Source: the human T2T-CHM13v2.0 reference genome, Homo sapiens. From it: 64,000 nucleotides of DNA. The stretch is from the NCBI RefSeq assembly GCF_009914755.1, contig NC_060931.1. The stretch is one strand, 5' to 3'. The notes under the pieces are model-generated. The model worked only from the letters and a program-made list of their open reading frames with translations. It was not told the DNA's origin and made no database searches. The position numbers and the translations under genes were made by a program. Shown piece by piece: positions 38,682 to 54,832 of the stretch (position 1 is the stretch's first letter; each line of letters opens with the position of its first letter).

Positions 38682-40649
38682 TAGAACTATTTTTAAAGCC
38701 AGCTTTTGTTCATTATACCACACTGTGTCTACGAACAATCTGTAGACTGTGTGCTCGTGTGCCTGTGCACCGGTGTGTGTGTGTGGATGCCGTGAACAGA
38801 CTCTAGATTATCTGCCTTTTGGAATTTCCCGACATTGTGTGACCATCAGAACATGATCAGTGTTGCGAATGCTCCATGTGTAACGGACTGTGAGTCCTGT
38901 GTTTGACGGATACAAAATAAAGTCAAGCTTTTACATTGTTTTATTCTTGTGTTTTCGGCTTCTTGATCGGTTGCTTTTAATGAAAACGAATGAGTTCTAT
39001 TTTCAAAGACCCTCAGACGGTGGGTGGGGAACGGATAGCCCAGGAGTCCAGCGTTGGGGCGGACTGGCCGGCGGGCCAGCGACAGCAGCCGGAGGGACGA
39101 GCACGACCCTCCCCAGCCACCTCGCGTCCCTCGAACCCAGCCCAGCAGATGCAGAGCTCACATTTTCTCCTGCTAGCGGCTCTCCCGGCTCCCCTGTGAG
39201 CCCCGATAGCCAGGCCCATTGCCCGTCAGCACCCACAGCCAAGCGGGAGGCCTGGGGAGGAAGGAATATTGTCCCGTTCTGGCTTTGCCGGCCAGGATTA
39301 GAATTGCACGCGGCGCAGCATCTGGCGCCCGCTGGACGCTCAGTAAGGACAAGACGGCTCTCCTCCTCCTGCCACCCAGAGCCCCAGCCTCCTCCCAGCA
39401 CCCCCAGGCTCCCAGAATAGGCTACGGCCAGAGCTGGCCTGTGGTAAACAGCTCGGAGCCTCCGGGCAGGTCTTGGATGAGTAACCCTCAGCAAAACATC
39501 GTGGGATCCAGAAAGGTGCAGGTGCCAGGCCTGAGCTGGGTGGGCCCCTCCAGCACCCCCACCTGGACCCTCCGCTGGGCCACTCCAGGCCAACGCATGG
39601 GTGGAGGTGCAGGGGGAAAGCCAGCTCTTGGGCTGCGGTGCCCGCCTCTGCCCCACCTCAGGAGGCTGGGACGTCCCCGATCTGTGTGGGAAAGAAAACC
39701 CGTCATCCTGTTGCTGATGGGGCCTCAGCGAGTCGTGGGGGGCCCCTGGGAGGAGGTGGGAGGCACATAAAGCTCCATCTGCTCGTGGACTGCACACTCC
39801 CTGGCCACAGCTCCCAGGAGGGCTTTCTCCTCCACGCCATCACGCACCCCAAACTTTATGGCCCAGCATCCCTTTCCCACCCTTGTCCATACATCGCGGT
39901 GCCCCCTTCACAGAGAAGCGTTGCATGAGTTCCTTCAGTTCTGTTCCAATATCCCCTGCGCAGCCATGCAGACAGGCTTCCTTCTTTCCCCTTCTTGCGC
40001 GAGCGACACGGCTCTACACGTCCTCTTATACCTCGCTACTTACGCACGGCGGCCTCTTTCTCCTGGGAAGATCAGTGGCGGCTCCAGCCAGGCCAGCTGG
40101 CAGCTCAGGGCTCAGGCGCTGGCTCATCTGAGGAGCCCTGGGCTCCAACCAGCTGCTGGGCAACGCTGGGACGACAACCTCTCCTGTCCTAAAGGGCAGG
40201 AGGTACTGCGGCTTCTTCCCCTGCCACAGTCCCAGGGACCTGACGGGGACACTCAGAGACTCTGTCTCTGCCTCCTGTGCGGGGTCATGCTCTGCCTGGA
40301 AAGCGCCTCCTTCCTTCCTGGCCCATTGGGAAATCGCAGTGTGTCCTCTGGCCGGTCCCAGCACCCCCGGGTGGGACCCCAGCGACCCTGCACCCCCCCA
40401 CTGCAGCCGTCTCCCTCCTCCTGGCAGGGCAGCTGCCAAGCCTTGCCCAGTCCAGGTCTCCCCAGGCAGGATCCCTTGGGGGAAACCTGAGGAGGCAGCT
40501 GTTCCCCCACTCCCAGAGTGTCCTCAGAGAACCCCTTCCAGACCCCAAGCTCCAGAGCTCGGCCTCAGGTTCCCTTGCTCGGGTCTGGGAACTGGAAGTC
40601 GGTCCCGCTCCCCTCCCTGGCCTCTGCCCCATTTTTCTGTCCGCTTCCA

Positions 40650-41078
40650 CGTAGAGCAGACCAGAATATGCCACCCCAAAATATGCCTCTTTGGCATAAG
40701 CATTATTTTGAGCTGCTTATTTTGAGAAACTGCAACCACAGGAGAAATTCTGAAAACAAGAGTGGAAGCTGCTGTTCTATGAGAGAAAGTCACATCCGTA
40801 CAGGCATCTGCGCTCACCAGGGTGCCCCCTCTCTGGGCCAGAAGGCCGCCTGTAAGTCACCGGAGACGCTCATCCATGGAGAAGGCCTGACCCCAGTTTG
40901 GGGTAATTTCTTGGGCCCCTCCCCACACACTCTTTCTCTTTGTTTCCGTCGAACATGGTCTTTAAGGCTGAGCTCCAAGCCACGCCTTTGCGACATAGCC
41001 TGTCCCGAGTCCGTCCCTTGCAGACCAAGGTATACATGCTATTAAGCTTCTGTTTTTCTCTTGTTATCTGTCTTTTCC
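40650..41078 (+). mobile_element. ERV1 LTR, MER39/MER34 family-like
   Basis: ACCAGAATATGCCACCCCAAAATATGCCTCTTTGGCATAAG...TTATTTTGAGCTG...GAGAAACTGCA; 3' TATACATGCTATTAAGCTTCTGTTTTTCTCTTGTTATCTGTC. Confidence 0.7.
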
Positions 41079-41212
41079 ACCTTGCAGCACGAAGCTTCCC
41101 CCAGGAATCCTCCACGCCCTCACCTGCACCAAGACTTTCAATTAAGAGCAGCAGTGCCCTCCTGGTGTCTGGTGGTGCCAGGGGGCAGGCCTGGTCCTCA
41201 GGCCTGGGGTCT

Positions 41213-41473
41213 TCTGTCCCCCCTTATCCTGGGGAGCCCATCTGTCCCCCTCATTCCTGGGAAGCCCGTCTGCCCCCCTCATTCCTGGGGAGCCCGTCTG
41301 CCCCCCTCATTCCTGGGGAGCCTGTCTGCCCCCCCCATTCCTGGGGGACCCGTCTGTCCCCCCTCATTCCTGGGGATCCCATCTGTCCCCCTCATTCCTG
41401 GGGAGCCCGTCTGCCCCCCTCATTCCTGGGGAGCCCGTCTGCCCCCCTCATTCCTGGGGGGCCCGTCTGTCCC
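41213..41473. repeat. ~28-bp minisatellite (~9 copies)
   Basis: Unit ATTCCTGGGGAGCCCGTCTGCCCCCCTC. Confidence 0.95.
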
Positions 41474-41679
41474 AGGGCTTTGCATACTGAGGCCTCGCAA
41501 TCCACAAGCTTTCCTAATTCCCAGCTCATCCACATGACAACAGCCCTTCCCCGGGGGCTCTGGCCGACCTCCCTTCGTCCTCACCACACAGCTGCTCTCC
41601 CTGCCCCGCCCTTAGCCCTCCTTAGACCCATCCACCCGGCCCCTAGGTGAGCCTCTCCCGACCCAAGACCCAGCGTCGT

Positions 41680-42060
41680 CCCTCTGTCCCCAGCCTTCCC
41701 ACGGCCCCCTCACTCAGGACGCAGCCCACAGCCTGGCCCCACCTGCAGACCTTACAGAGGCCACTTGGCCCCTCACACAATGCCCACCTCACAGGCCTTC
41801 TCTCCCCGCAGAGGGTCAGACATGCCCCTGCCCCAGCCTTGGCATTTCCACCCCGCAGGCCTCCACGGGGCTGAGCCCTCAGGTACCAGCTTCTGTGCAA
41901 AGCCATGCCTGGAGGCCTTCCTGGGCCACGTGGTCTAAGACAGCAATCCCCTCACACCCAGAGCAGGCAGCCCTCCCTGCCCGGGCCGTCTTATTTTCCT
42001 ATGTCATTCCTGTCACCACCTGGCGCTCACCTTGGCTAACTGGAGCTCCAGCCCCTTTGG
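41680..42060. mobile_element. L2 fragment
   Basis: GGAGGCCTTCCTGG-CCAC...TCTAA...TTATTTTCCT...TCACCACCTG motif order typical of the L2 3' end. Confidence 0.45.
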
Positions 42061-42184
42061 ACGAAAAGAGCTCCCAGAGCCACTCCCTGGTCTCTGATGG
42101 GGCTGTGTGTCCTCTCCAGGTGCCCTCCCCGACAGCCAGCCCCTCCGCCTCTGCACAAGGGAGGGCCCAGGGAGGCTCAGGGCC

Positions 42185-42873
42185 TGTGTGGCTGTGTGTG
42201 TGTCTCTATGTGTCTGTGTGTCTGTGTGTTTCTGTGTATCTATGTGTGTATGTGAATGTGTATCTGTCCATGTATCTGTGTATATCTGTGTCTGTGTGTG
42301 TGTGTATGTCTGTGTCTGTGTGTATATCTGCGTCTGTATGTATATATGCGTGTCTGTGTGTATACGTGTCTGTGTACCTGTGTCTTCGTATGTCTATGTG
42401 TGTATTGGTGTGTGTCTGTGTGTGTCCATGTGTGATGACATGTGTATCTGTGTCTATGTGTGCATCTATGTATATCTGTGTGTATGTCTTTGTGTATCTA
42501 TAGATCTGTGTCTATGTGTATATTATCTCTGTGTTCATCTGAGTATTGTATGTCCATGTGTGTCTACATGTGCCTGTGTCTGTATCTGTGTCTGTCTATG
42601 TGTCTATGTGTGTATCTGTGTGTCCGTGTGTGTGTGTCCATATATCTGTCTATGCATGTATCATCTGTGTGTCTGTGTATTGTGTATCCATGCATATATC
42701 CGTAACTATGGGTATGTCTGTGTGTGTTTGTGTCCACGTGTGTGTATCTGTGTGTGTCTATATATCTGTGTCTATGTGTGTATCTGTGTCCACGTGTGTG
42801 TATCTGTGTGTGTCTATATATCTGTGTCTGTGTGTATCTGTGTGTATCTATGTGTGCATCTGTGTGTGTCTGT
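42185..42873. repeat. Long TG-rich simple repeat (TGTGTATC/TGTGTC)
   Basis: ~690 bp of degenerate (TG)n. Confidence 0.95.
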
Positions 42874-44049
42874 TTTCTCTTTGTTTTTATGGTGTCCACG
42901 GATGGGCCGACTGAACCACCAAATTCCTCCTCAGAGCCCAGTAAAGGCACCAGGCGGAAGGGTCTGGCGGAGGGTTGGCCGCTGTCTCCTCACTCCTCAG
43001 CGGGGTCCTGTCTTCCGACTTTTGTCTCGCGCCGCCGCAGCCTGTGGACTCCTGGGCCCTCCTCTGAGAGCCTGCGCTGTGCCTGGCCCCGGGCGGAACT
43101 TTGAACGAGGCTCCTGTCTTAACTCGACTGCTTGTGCTTGGGGGAGATAAACAATAAACAGGAGCAGAAGAAAGTGTCCTCAGACCACGGCGGGTGCTGT
43201 TGGGAAAACAGTGGCGGGGCAGGGAGGGGGGCGCTTCTGAAGGACCTGGCGAGGTAGAGGCCACTGTTCTAAGAGGCAACAGACGAGATGAACCAGGACC
43301 CTCTGCGAGGGAGGGAGGCGTCCAGGGGTGCACACGGGTCCAGATAGCTGCCGGGCTCCCAAAAACCACTCTGGGGGTGAGGATGGGAGGGGAGAGGAGT
43401 TGGGGGCAGGAGGCAAGTGAAAGTAAGTGCCCAGGGAACCTCCATGAGGCCCCCCACACCGGATAATAGTGTTCCATGGGGTCTGCTCAGCCCCATGTCT
43501 GCCCCAAGACACTAGCCACAGCTCTGCGTCGAGGTCCTGTAGACCACGGGAGAGATGGGGGGGCCAGGAGCCTATAGAACTCCAAGTCCAAGGGGACCCT
43601 TGCTGGGAGAACACAGGCCAAGACCTTCCTTCCTGCCACAGGCTTCTGTCCCTGCTGTCTGCTCCCCCAGGACTCCCCCCACACCCGGGATCTTCCTCCT
43701 CACCCTCCTTGGCCTCTCTCAGTGACCCTGTCTACACACAGATGTGCTGTCCATGTGAGTGGAAGGAAGGAAGGATGAGGTCCACTCACAGGGGTGAAGC
43801 TGTCTCCTGAGGGGGCAGCCCACCTCCAGGTCACACCGCCCCACCCAACACAGCCTCCAGTCCAGCTCCAGGTGGGCCGCACCCAGCCCTTCACTCACTT
43901 CAAATGGCCCAAGACGCATGGATTCCACTGGCCAGCCGGACTGGAACAACTTCTCCCCTTATAAGTATCTAGTGGGTGCCCACGGAATGCCAGGCAATGG
44001 GCCAGGCTCAGAGATGAGTGATTCCTCAGGAACAATGGGCTCAACGCCC

Positions 44050-44150
44050 TTAATTCACATCAGAGGAAACTGAGGCTCAGAGAGGGCGGAGAGGGCCCTG
44101 GTAACACAGCCAGCCGGTGAAAGTAAGAGGGGGGGCCCAGGCCCTGCTCC
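44050..44150. mobile_element. MIR fragment
   Basis: AGAGGAAACTGAGGCTCAGAGAGG...TAACACAGC core. Confidence 0.7.
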
Positions 44151-44399
44151 CGGCCCACCCGCCTGGGCTTGCTGGCGAGGCTGCTGGCCCAGGCAGTCTG
44201 GGCACTGTGGAAGCAGCCGGCTTGAGGCACAGGGGATGTGGCCTCCTCCCACACACTTACCTCCCTGACTACATCTTAGGCTGACATCCAGATTAACTCA
44301 TATTCCCTACAGGGAGCTGCACGGCCAGAAGCTGCTGGTTGCAGAAGCCACCAGCTGGTTGTACAAGCACCGCTCCCCTGGTTGTGGGTGACAGATGAG

Positions 44400-44539
44400 A
44401 TGCACTCACGTGAACACACATGCATGTGCACACACACATGCACACAGACGCACACACAAACACACACAGGCATACACACGCACACGCACATCCACACACA
44501 CACATGCGCACACACACGCACACGCCTGCACTCACACAC

Positions 44540-44540
<1 letters not shown>
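44400..44540. repeat. (CA/CG)n tract at the edge of the FAM20C CpG island
   Basis: Alternating purine-pyrimidine CACACA/CACGCA. Confidence 0.9.
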
Positions 44541-46650
<2,110 letters not shown>

Positions 46651-48002
46651 CCTTGGGAGGGGCTGCCGGCTGGTCCGGGAGCTGTGCCCTGTGGCTGCTG
46701 GTGAGGAAGCCAGACCCCGCGCCCTTTAGAAGCGAGTCCTGACCAGCCGTGGTCACCAGCTTGGGAAATGGGGTCAGGCAATGAATGAATGAGTTGGTGA
46801 GGGAAGGAGCCAGGCTGCCGCTGGGCTTTCAGACACTTGGCGAGGGTGCTCTGGGTGGGCACCTTGGAGAAGGTCTGGATGTGCCTATTGAGTCTTTTAA
46901 ACCCAGTGGCTGGAGCAGAATTATCAGAGGGGCTTGCTGGCAGCCGTGAGGTGCAACAAGGCGGCCCAGCCAGCAAGGGCGGTGGGTGTGCTGGCTGCAA
47001 AGAGATGATGGCTCGATAAAGGGCGAGAAGCCACGGCAGGAACCTCTCTTTAAACTGTCCTGGCTAAGCCCTTTCCCCACCCCCCGGCCCCTCCCTCCGC
47101 CACACAGATCAAAACAAGCAGATGCTACACCGAAGCAGTGGAACATTAACCACGACAAGGCCAGAATAAGTAACTACCTGCCGAAGGTTACCCCAGCAGC
47201 AGAGGGGGAGACCAGCCTTCCAAAAGATCTGGTTGAAAGTCCCTTCTTCCCTGAAATGTCCAGGCCCAGTGTCTTCTGTCTAAACACACTGGCTGTTTGG
47301 AAGCCTCTGAGCCTTGCCTGCTGGTCAGGTTCAAGGAAATGCTTGGAAATTTGAGAACCAGAGCATTGGCCTGGGCTGTGGCTCTCGGCAGGGAGAGACG
47401 GCCGCCCAGAGCAGCGAGTGGCCAGGAAGTGTATCCTAGCCCCCCACCCCGCCCCCGTGTCCACCGCAGGACAGAGCTTCGGCAGAAAGCACCTCAGCTT
47501 TAGGTGAATTCGAGCTAGGACAAGTTCCGCGTTTCCCTCCAGCCCAGCAGGCAGACGGAGGGTCTGTCCCTCCTCCAGAACGGTCCCTTGACCCCAGAGA
47601 TGTGAGGACAGGCTGCGTGGGCGGCGGGTCCTCCATGGGAGCCTGGGCTGGAGAGAGTGCTGCCTCCTTCCTCTCTCCCCACCCAAGGCTGCTCTCATTA
47701 AAATCAAATTTAGCCTCTTGCATCATTGTGCCCCTGGTTGTTGGAACAAAAGCAGAGAGCTGGGGAAGGTTCCTGACAGACTGGGCGTGTCTGTGAGTTT
47801 CATGCAGCCTGTGGTCAATGGTAGGTTCTCCCCTCTACTCCAGGGGAGGGCCACAGCCCCTCGCACCCTCAGCTGAGGTCATGGTTGGGCCATTTCGGTG
47901 ACCCTGGGACAGACGTGGCGGGGATGGCAGGGCAGCGCTGACGTCCTGGAATTAGTTTTGCTGTAGTTAGAGCTGTCTGTGGTGTCTCCAGAGGGTGAGT
48001 AA

Positions 48003-48722
<720 letters not shown>

Positions 48723-49774
48723 TAGAGGGGTATCTCTGGCGGCGGTGACCCCTCCACCGGAAGCGTGTGCATGGAACTCTCCTGCTTTTCTACACACGAC
48801 CCTGGCTGGGTGGGGAGACAGCCATGAGCCTGCTTCTTGTGGTTTTGAAGCCGTCCTTCGTCAGACCTCAGCAAGGCGCTGTGCAGTTTCATACTGAGGA
48901 GACATAGGCAGGGCTCAGGACGGAGGCCTGGGCCTCCCAGATGGAGGAGTTTGAAGGCAACATCTCCAGGTACTTTGGGATCTGCTGAATTGGACAAAAA
49001 AGGGCATCCAGTTGCTGATTTCAGGAAAATATGCCACTGCAGCTTCTGAGCGTGGAGGTTTGGTGCCATTGTTCTCAGCTTGTAGGCGATTGTTTGTGAA
49101 GGTCCCATTTGTCACCAGTGCTTGGAGAGGTAGTGAGGGCGGGGCTGAGGCCCTTTAGTGGGAGCAGCTGCTCCCCGGGGATTGCAGGGAGTGGGCCTGG
49201 GTGCACACAGCTGTGGGCAGGTGCAGAGGCCATGACAGCCTGAAGGCAGGGCTTTCTTTGCGCTGTGTGATGAGGCCAGCAGTCCCAGGCATTAGCTTCA
49301 TGTGTGTCTCAGAAGCAACCTTGGTGCTGAAAGGGTCCCAGCAGCCTGGGGTTCTGTCCAGTTGCTGACACAGGACTTAGGTGTCCCCTTTCAGGCCAGC
49401 AGGTAGGTTCTCCTGAGCTCTTCGGGGCTGTTTCTGGCTCTCTCTGTCGGGTGCTGAGTTGTTTGCTGGGCACTCACCTGGTCATGGGGAGACAGAACTT
49501 GCAGCTCTCTCCCCACCCCTTGATCAGCTCACCTCATAACAGAGATCAGCTGGACAAGCTGGGAGTCCTCTTCCCTCCATGCTGCCTGGGAGTAACCTGA
49601 ACCCCTGCCCCCCTCCAGGCCCCCCTCCGTGAAAGCGCTGCCTTTCTCCTGCCCCTGCAGCGGTCTGAGGGCTTTCAGCTGTGCTGGGGAACAGTCCTGC
49701 AGACAGCCACAGCCAGAACGTCCCTTCTGCCCCTGAGAGTGAGCATGGCCATTAAGGAAATATCCGATGCATTG

Positions 49775-50000
49775 ATCAACATGTTTGTCCATTCAGCAGA
49801 TTTTACTGGCACCTCCTGCATGTCAGACCCCCTTTCTGGGTGGTGGGGAGTTGAGGATGAGTTCAGCCTCAACGAGATCTGCTGCCTCTGTGGACCTGAC
49901 AGCCCCAGGAAGAGACACACACGCACAGTGCCCAATCCTGAGGAGGAACGAGCACTTCAGAGCCGTGCACGCCAGCCAGGCCGTGTGGAGAGGAGGGGGC
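49775..50000. mobile_element. L2 fragment
   Basis: CATTCAGCAGATTTTACTGGCACCTCCTGCATGTCAGAC resembles the L2 terminal CATTCAACAAATATTTATTGAGCACCTACTATGTGCCAGGC. Confidence 0.5.
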
Positions 50001-50924
50001 TCCACTGGGAGGGGCTGAGGACCTTCCACAGGGTCTGTCGGGCAGCTTACCTTCCAGGTGGGTCCGTCTTGGCAGGGAGAGGAATGAGAGAGCCGTGCAC
50101 ACCAGCCAGGGCGTTCGGGAGGAGCAGCACGCAAGTTAGAAAGTCCCCAGTGCCGCTGTCCGTATGAGCTTCTCTCCAGCTCATTTTCCCCATCTGTCCA
50201 GCGGGATCTCGCTGCGTGGGACCAATGCAAGGATAGGATGAGATGTGCATGTGAGCAAGCTTGTTAAATATTAACTAGTACTTTGTGCGTGGCCTTCCAC
50301 AACAGTCCCCTCGTGTGCACAGGCAGGGTCTGAGCAGAGGGAGGGCTTTGTGGATTCCAAAGGCCACCAGGCCCTTGGCAGGCAACTGCAGCTCGCCACC
50401 TCCCTCACCGACCGGTCAGCTTTCCAACACCAACACTGAAGAGGTGTGGGAGTTCTGTGCCAGGAGCTCCCAGAGCAGCTTCAGGGAGAGTGTGGGGCCC
50501 CCTGGGACCTGGGGCATCTTTGCCCACCTTAGGAGTGCTTTGTCCATCTGGACAAGCTAGGCTTGGCTCACTGCCACCCATCTTTGGTCCAGCTGTCCCC
50601 GGGCAGTGGTGCCCAGGCTGCCTGACATTGCAGGGGTGTGGACAGAGCCCTTGCCAGGGAATCCCTACCCCAGGATTCTGGTGTGGCCTCCGCCTGGGTG
50701 TGTCCTGGTTAATTCCTGTGCCTACTGAAGGCCTGCCCCAGCTGATCTCGCTCGCTCGCCTCCTAGACCATGCTGGCCACATTGGTTCTCATCCAGTCTT
50801 CTGGGGTGGGGACCCGTCCAAGGACAGGCTGGCTGCTCAGTCATTCTGCAGGGCCAAGCAGGGCCTGCAAGGACGATGGGCAGACACAGCCGCATCACCC
50901 AGGCAGGACAGCAGGCTCTGGCCC

Positions 50925-51420
50925 AGGAGATCTGGGGGTGAATCCTGGCTCTGCCAGCCATTAGCCAGAGTGGAAGTGGGCAAATGGATTAACGCCTCCA
51001 GCACCTGGTTTCTCACCGAGAACACAGAGAAGGTTATAATCTGGACCTGGTATAATCTGGACTCTGATTTACAAATCTGAATGCCAAGCAAAACCCATTC
51101 ACTAGCGAAAACTGACTCAGGCTGAACGTATTTAGGGGCAAAACCTAAATTGTCGAGGCTAGTTAAAAGTCCTGATTTTTCTCTGTTACATTGAATAGTC
51201 ACATGTTCCTCTGAGGAACAGGAGTGGGTTTAATTATGGGGTTCTGCCCTAGACCCGTGTGGGCATGCCATGATCCACACCATGCACCACGTGTGCCTTT
51301 GTCATCGAAATACCTGCAGTTCCCAAATACATCTGGCCTCACAGGGTTGTTGGGGCTTAAATGTGCAAATACGAGTAAAGAGGTGAGAGCGGAGCCTGAC
51401 AGCGCACCTGCTGGGCAGGG
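50925..51420. mobile_element. MIR fragments (two pieces, ~50925-51020 and ~51280-51420)
   Basis: GAATCCTGGCTCTGCCA...GGGCAAATGGATTAAC...GTTTCTCA and CCTCACAGGGTTGTTGGGG-TTAAATG. Confidence 0.6.
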
Positions 51421-54400
51421 TCTCCAACACTGCAGCATTTTGGGGGAAGCTCTCCTACTGGGTGGGGTCTTTGTACAGCAGCAGCATTTCAAGGTGGGCT
51501 GATCCTTCTCATCTGGGGAAGCCAGGGCTGGGCAGGTGCCTGAGCCTCATGAGGGTCTCAGTCTAGATGTTGGGCCCTATTCTCCCTGCTGCCTTGGGCT
51601 TGGAGATGCTCACAGGTGAGTTCTCATTTGTGAAGAGGTCTGTCTTCCTGAGGAAGCAGGGGACCCTCACCTGTGAACCAAGTGTGCCATGGGAGCTGCT
51701 CCATGTCCAGGTCCAGGTCTCCTGGTCTGCAGGGAACGGCACAAGAGGGCTGGCCTAGGCCAGGAGGATGTGATCTGTCCTAGAAGGGGGCTGACCTGCT
51801 TGCTGACCCCGCTTGCTGCTGCCTGGCTGACCTGACTCAGCCACGGCTGTTCCGAGGGCCCTTCTGAGTACGAACTTCCAGTTGGAGGATCTGGGTGAAG
51901 ACCCAGCTGCTTGAGATAGCAGCCTCTGGCTAGGCCCTTGGCGTGGCCAAGCCAATCAGGCAGGTTTAGAGCCTGGTGCCCCTAGACAGGTCCTGCAACC
52001 AAGAACAGGGGTAGCCTTCAAAGGCCAGCCCTGCCTTCCAACCACCGCTCCACAGCGAGGGAAACCAAGGCTCTTAGGGCAGGAGGCTTGTCCGAGATTA
52101 GCACCTGCGTGCTCCAGGCTCTGAGTTCTGTCCCCTCAGCTGTCCGGCCCCTGGGTGCTCACTTTAATCTCAAGTCATTCATCTTACTATTAAACGTGAG
52201 CCCAGAAATATTGTTGTAATGGAGAACGATGCCTGCGAGTCTCCAAAGCCTTCCCTCGGAACGGTTCCATTAAATCTCTCCTGCTCAGAACCACCCAATC
52301 CAATTCATGGAGCGCCACGTGGTCTACAGCACAGCTGGTTAGGGCCAGCGGAGGTTTATTTATAGCTGGGCTCCTGGCTGCCTGGTAACCGGCCATTGCC
52401 ACCTTTAAAGAGTCTTGGGATATTATCTACCTCTATTCAGCTTGAAATCGGGCATGCAGTGCCTTGGGCTGGGGCTGGCGATAATTAAATTTCTATCATG
52501 CACAATTATGGATGCAAAGAATGAATGACATCCCACTGGCATGTGAGGATTCGGGCAGCTTCTGGACTGAAATACAGACTTCATAATTGCTCCATCCAGA
52601 TTGGGACAAAGACTGTGGTTGGGAGAACATGCCTGAACAAAGAAAAATGACTCTGCAGGACCAAAGTTCTTGACACTAATTGATCTGCCAAAAGGGGAAG
52701 AATGAGTCCAGCTAGAATCCAGGACTAACCAGCGGGTGAGCTTCAAGGAACAAAGGGCTTCCGCTGGGTCAGCCCACGAGAGGGAGCTGCCTGCAGGTAC
52801 CTGGGAGGGCACAGCCACCGTGTCTGTTCCTTGGGAGCAGGGCTCCTTGGAAGGCAGCGCCAGCTCCAGAAAGGCCACTGTTCCCCCTCCCACCCACCCC
52901 AGGTGGCAACTGCCCCTGCAGGTCACGGTCCCAGGGCCTCGCTCGGCCGGCCTAGAGAGAGAAAAGGGAAGATGCCCAATTAGCTGGACGCCCATGGCCC
53001 CAGGGCTGGGGGACCTTGGGTTATCCTGAAAGAAGGACAATGACCACCTGCAAAGGACGATTTCAAGTGGAGCCTGGAGGAGGCGGCAAATAGCTCAGTC
53101 CGCACTCAACTCCCTTCCCAGCCGTCTGGTGGAAGGTGAGGAGCAAAAGCTCATGCTGCTGAGGCCTGGGGCCACCCAGGCACCGGCCTCCCCGTGCTGA
53201 GCAGAGACAGCAGCCCCCTAGCTGCAGGAGTGTGCCCCGATGCGCACCTGCCGACTTTCCTTCTGATGCAGACATGGTCCCCACTGGGGCAAGGCTGCAG
53301 TTTTCTTTTAAAAAACAGATCTTTCAAAATAAAAGGGGCCTTGAAGAAAATCGTGGAATAAATAACAGTCTGGGGTGGAGGCGGTTCTGGCGAAAGTGTC
53401 CAGAGGGTGGTGTGTGATGGACGGGACTTTGGGCAGTGCTGATGGGGCCTTGCCTGTCACTTGAGGCCTCCAGGAGAGTCGAGGACTGGCAGATCCAGGT
53501 CCAGAGCAGGTGCAGGCTCCCAGCTCTTCCAGCCCCTTACCTCGCAGTAGGTTCCCACAGTTCTAGCCTCCTTGATGCCAGCCCCAGGGTGCCCACTGCT
53601 GGCCAACTATGTCCTTTTCCTCAAAACCAGGTCCCTCGGTGCCCAGGGTGAATGGGTATATGAGCCTGGGTGTGGGCACCCGGGGTCTGGGACACCGAGC
53701 AGACCTCTCTGGCTTGGAGATGTGTGGGGTGGGAAGAACAGGGTGACCTGAGCTCTCCCGGTGTCACATTCTCCACATCTGAGCCCTCTTTGGGTGAGGC
53801 CCTACTTCCAGCACACACAGCTGTCCCCATTCGTCTTCAGGAATAACTGACCCTTGAGGCCAGACAGTGGCTGTGAAGAGCAGGGGGACCGCCTGACCGT
53901 GACCCCCAAGGACAGACGCTGGCCCTCTTGACGGACGAGATGACCAGGGCCAAAGGCGGCAACATGGGGGCCCACGCTGACGGCAGCATCTCACACCTGG
54001 ATGTGTTTCTGTGGTCCACAGGTCTGTAGGAGGTGGAACTGGTTAATTTAAAGTCAGGTTGGGGTTGTTGTTAGAAAGGGTTCCTGCTCCCACGAGAAAC
54101 CAAGGATGAGTGGTGGCTGCACCCAGTCTCCATCCCCATGAGCACCCTGCGGGGTGTTGGGACCCCCAGGCCCGGGCCACACACCTCTCTCTTTCAGGGC
54201 CGTCTCTCCCTGTCTCTCCAGACCTGCTCTGGGTTCTTCCTTCTAGAGCTTCCCAGTGGGTTGCCGGAGCTGTCTGGGGTTATGTGGCTTGCCTAAGGCC
54301 ACACCGATTGGGGCCTGGCACCAAAGTCCATTAGTATTTCTGTGACAGCAGCCATCTTTCTATGTAAGACGCTTATTTCATAAGAAATGCCAGCATCTCT

Positions 54401-54832
54401 TGGAGTCCTTCTGAGGAGGCAACTGCATACGAACATCGCCTCTGTCTCGTGCTGTGACCCGGGGAGAGACTGTGGGCAAAACCCAGTGGCGTCCGAGGGT
54501 CTGTGTGGCCCCGAACTCTTAGTGCTGACAGCAACATGAAATAATGAAGGCACAGGGCACTCTGTTCGTGCATGTTAACTTGTGTAACTAGTGCACGTTA
54601 ATCACATTAACTAGCCATGTTAACTAGTGACGTAGATTAATAATGATGAATCAATAGGAATGAGTCCTGTATACTGACGGATATCCGGGCGATAGGATTC
54701 TTCAGCGAGGCCGGGGAAGAAGCAGACTGTCACCTTTGGTCTAAAGTTGGTGGGTTAAGTGGTGGGAGGTGCTCAGGGCAGGTGGCAGGAAGGGGAGAGC
54801 GTTCCAGATGGGGAGAACCTATTTGAAAGGCA

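Noticed and set aside
42107-43150. Cys/Val-rich 347-aa ORF
   Set aside because: Translation of a (TG)n simple repeat.
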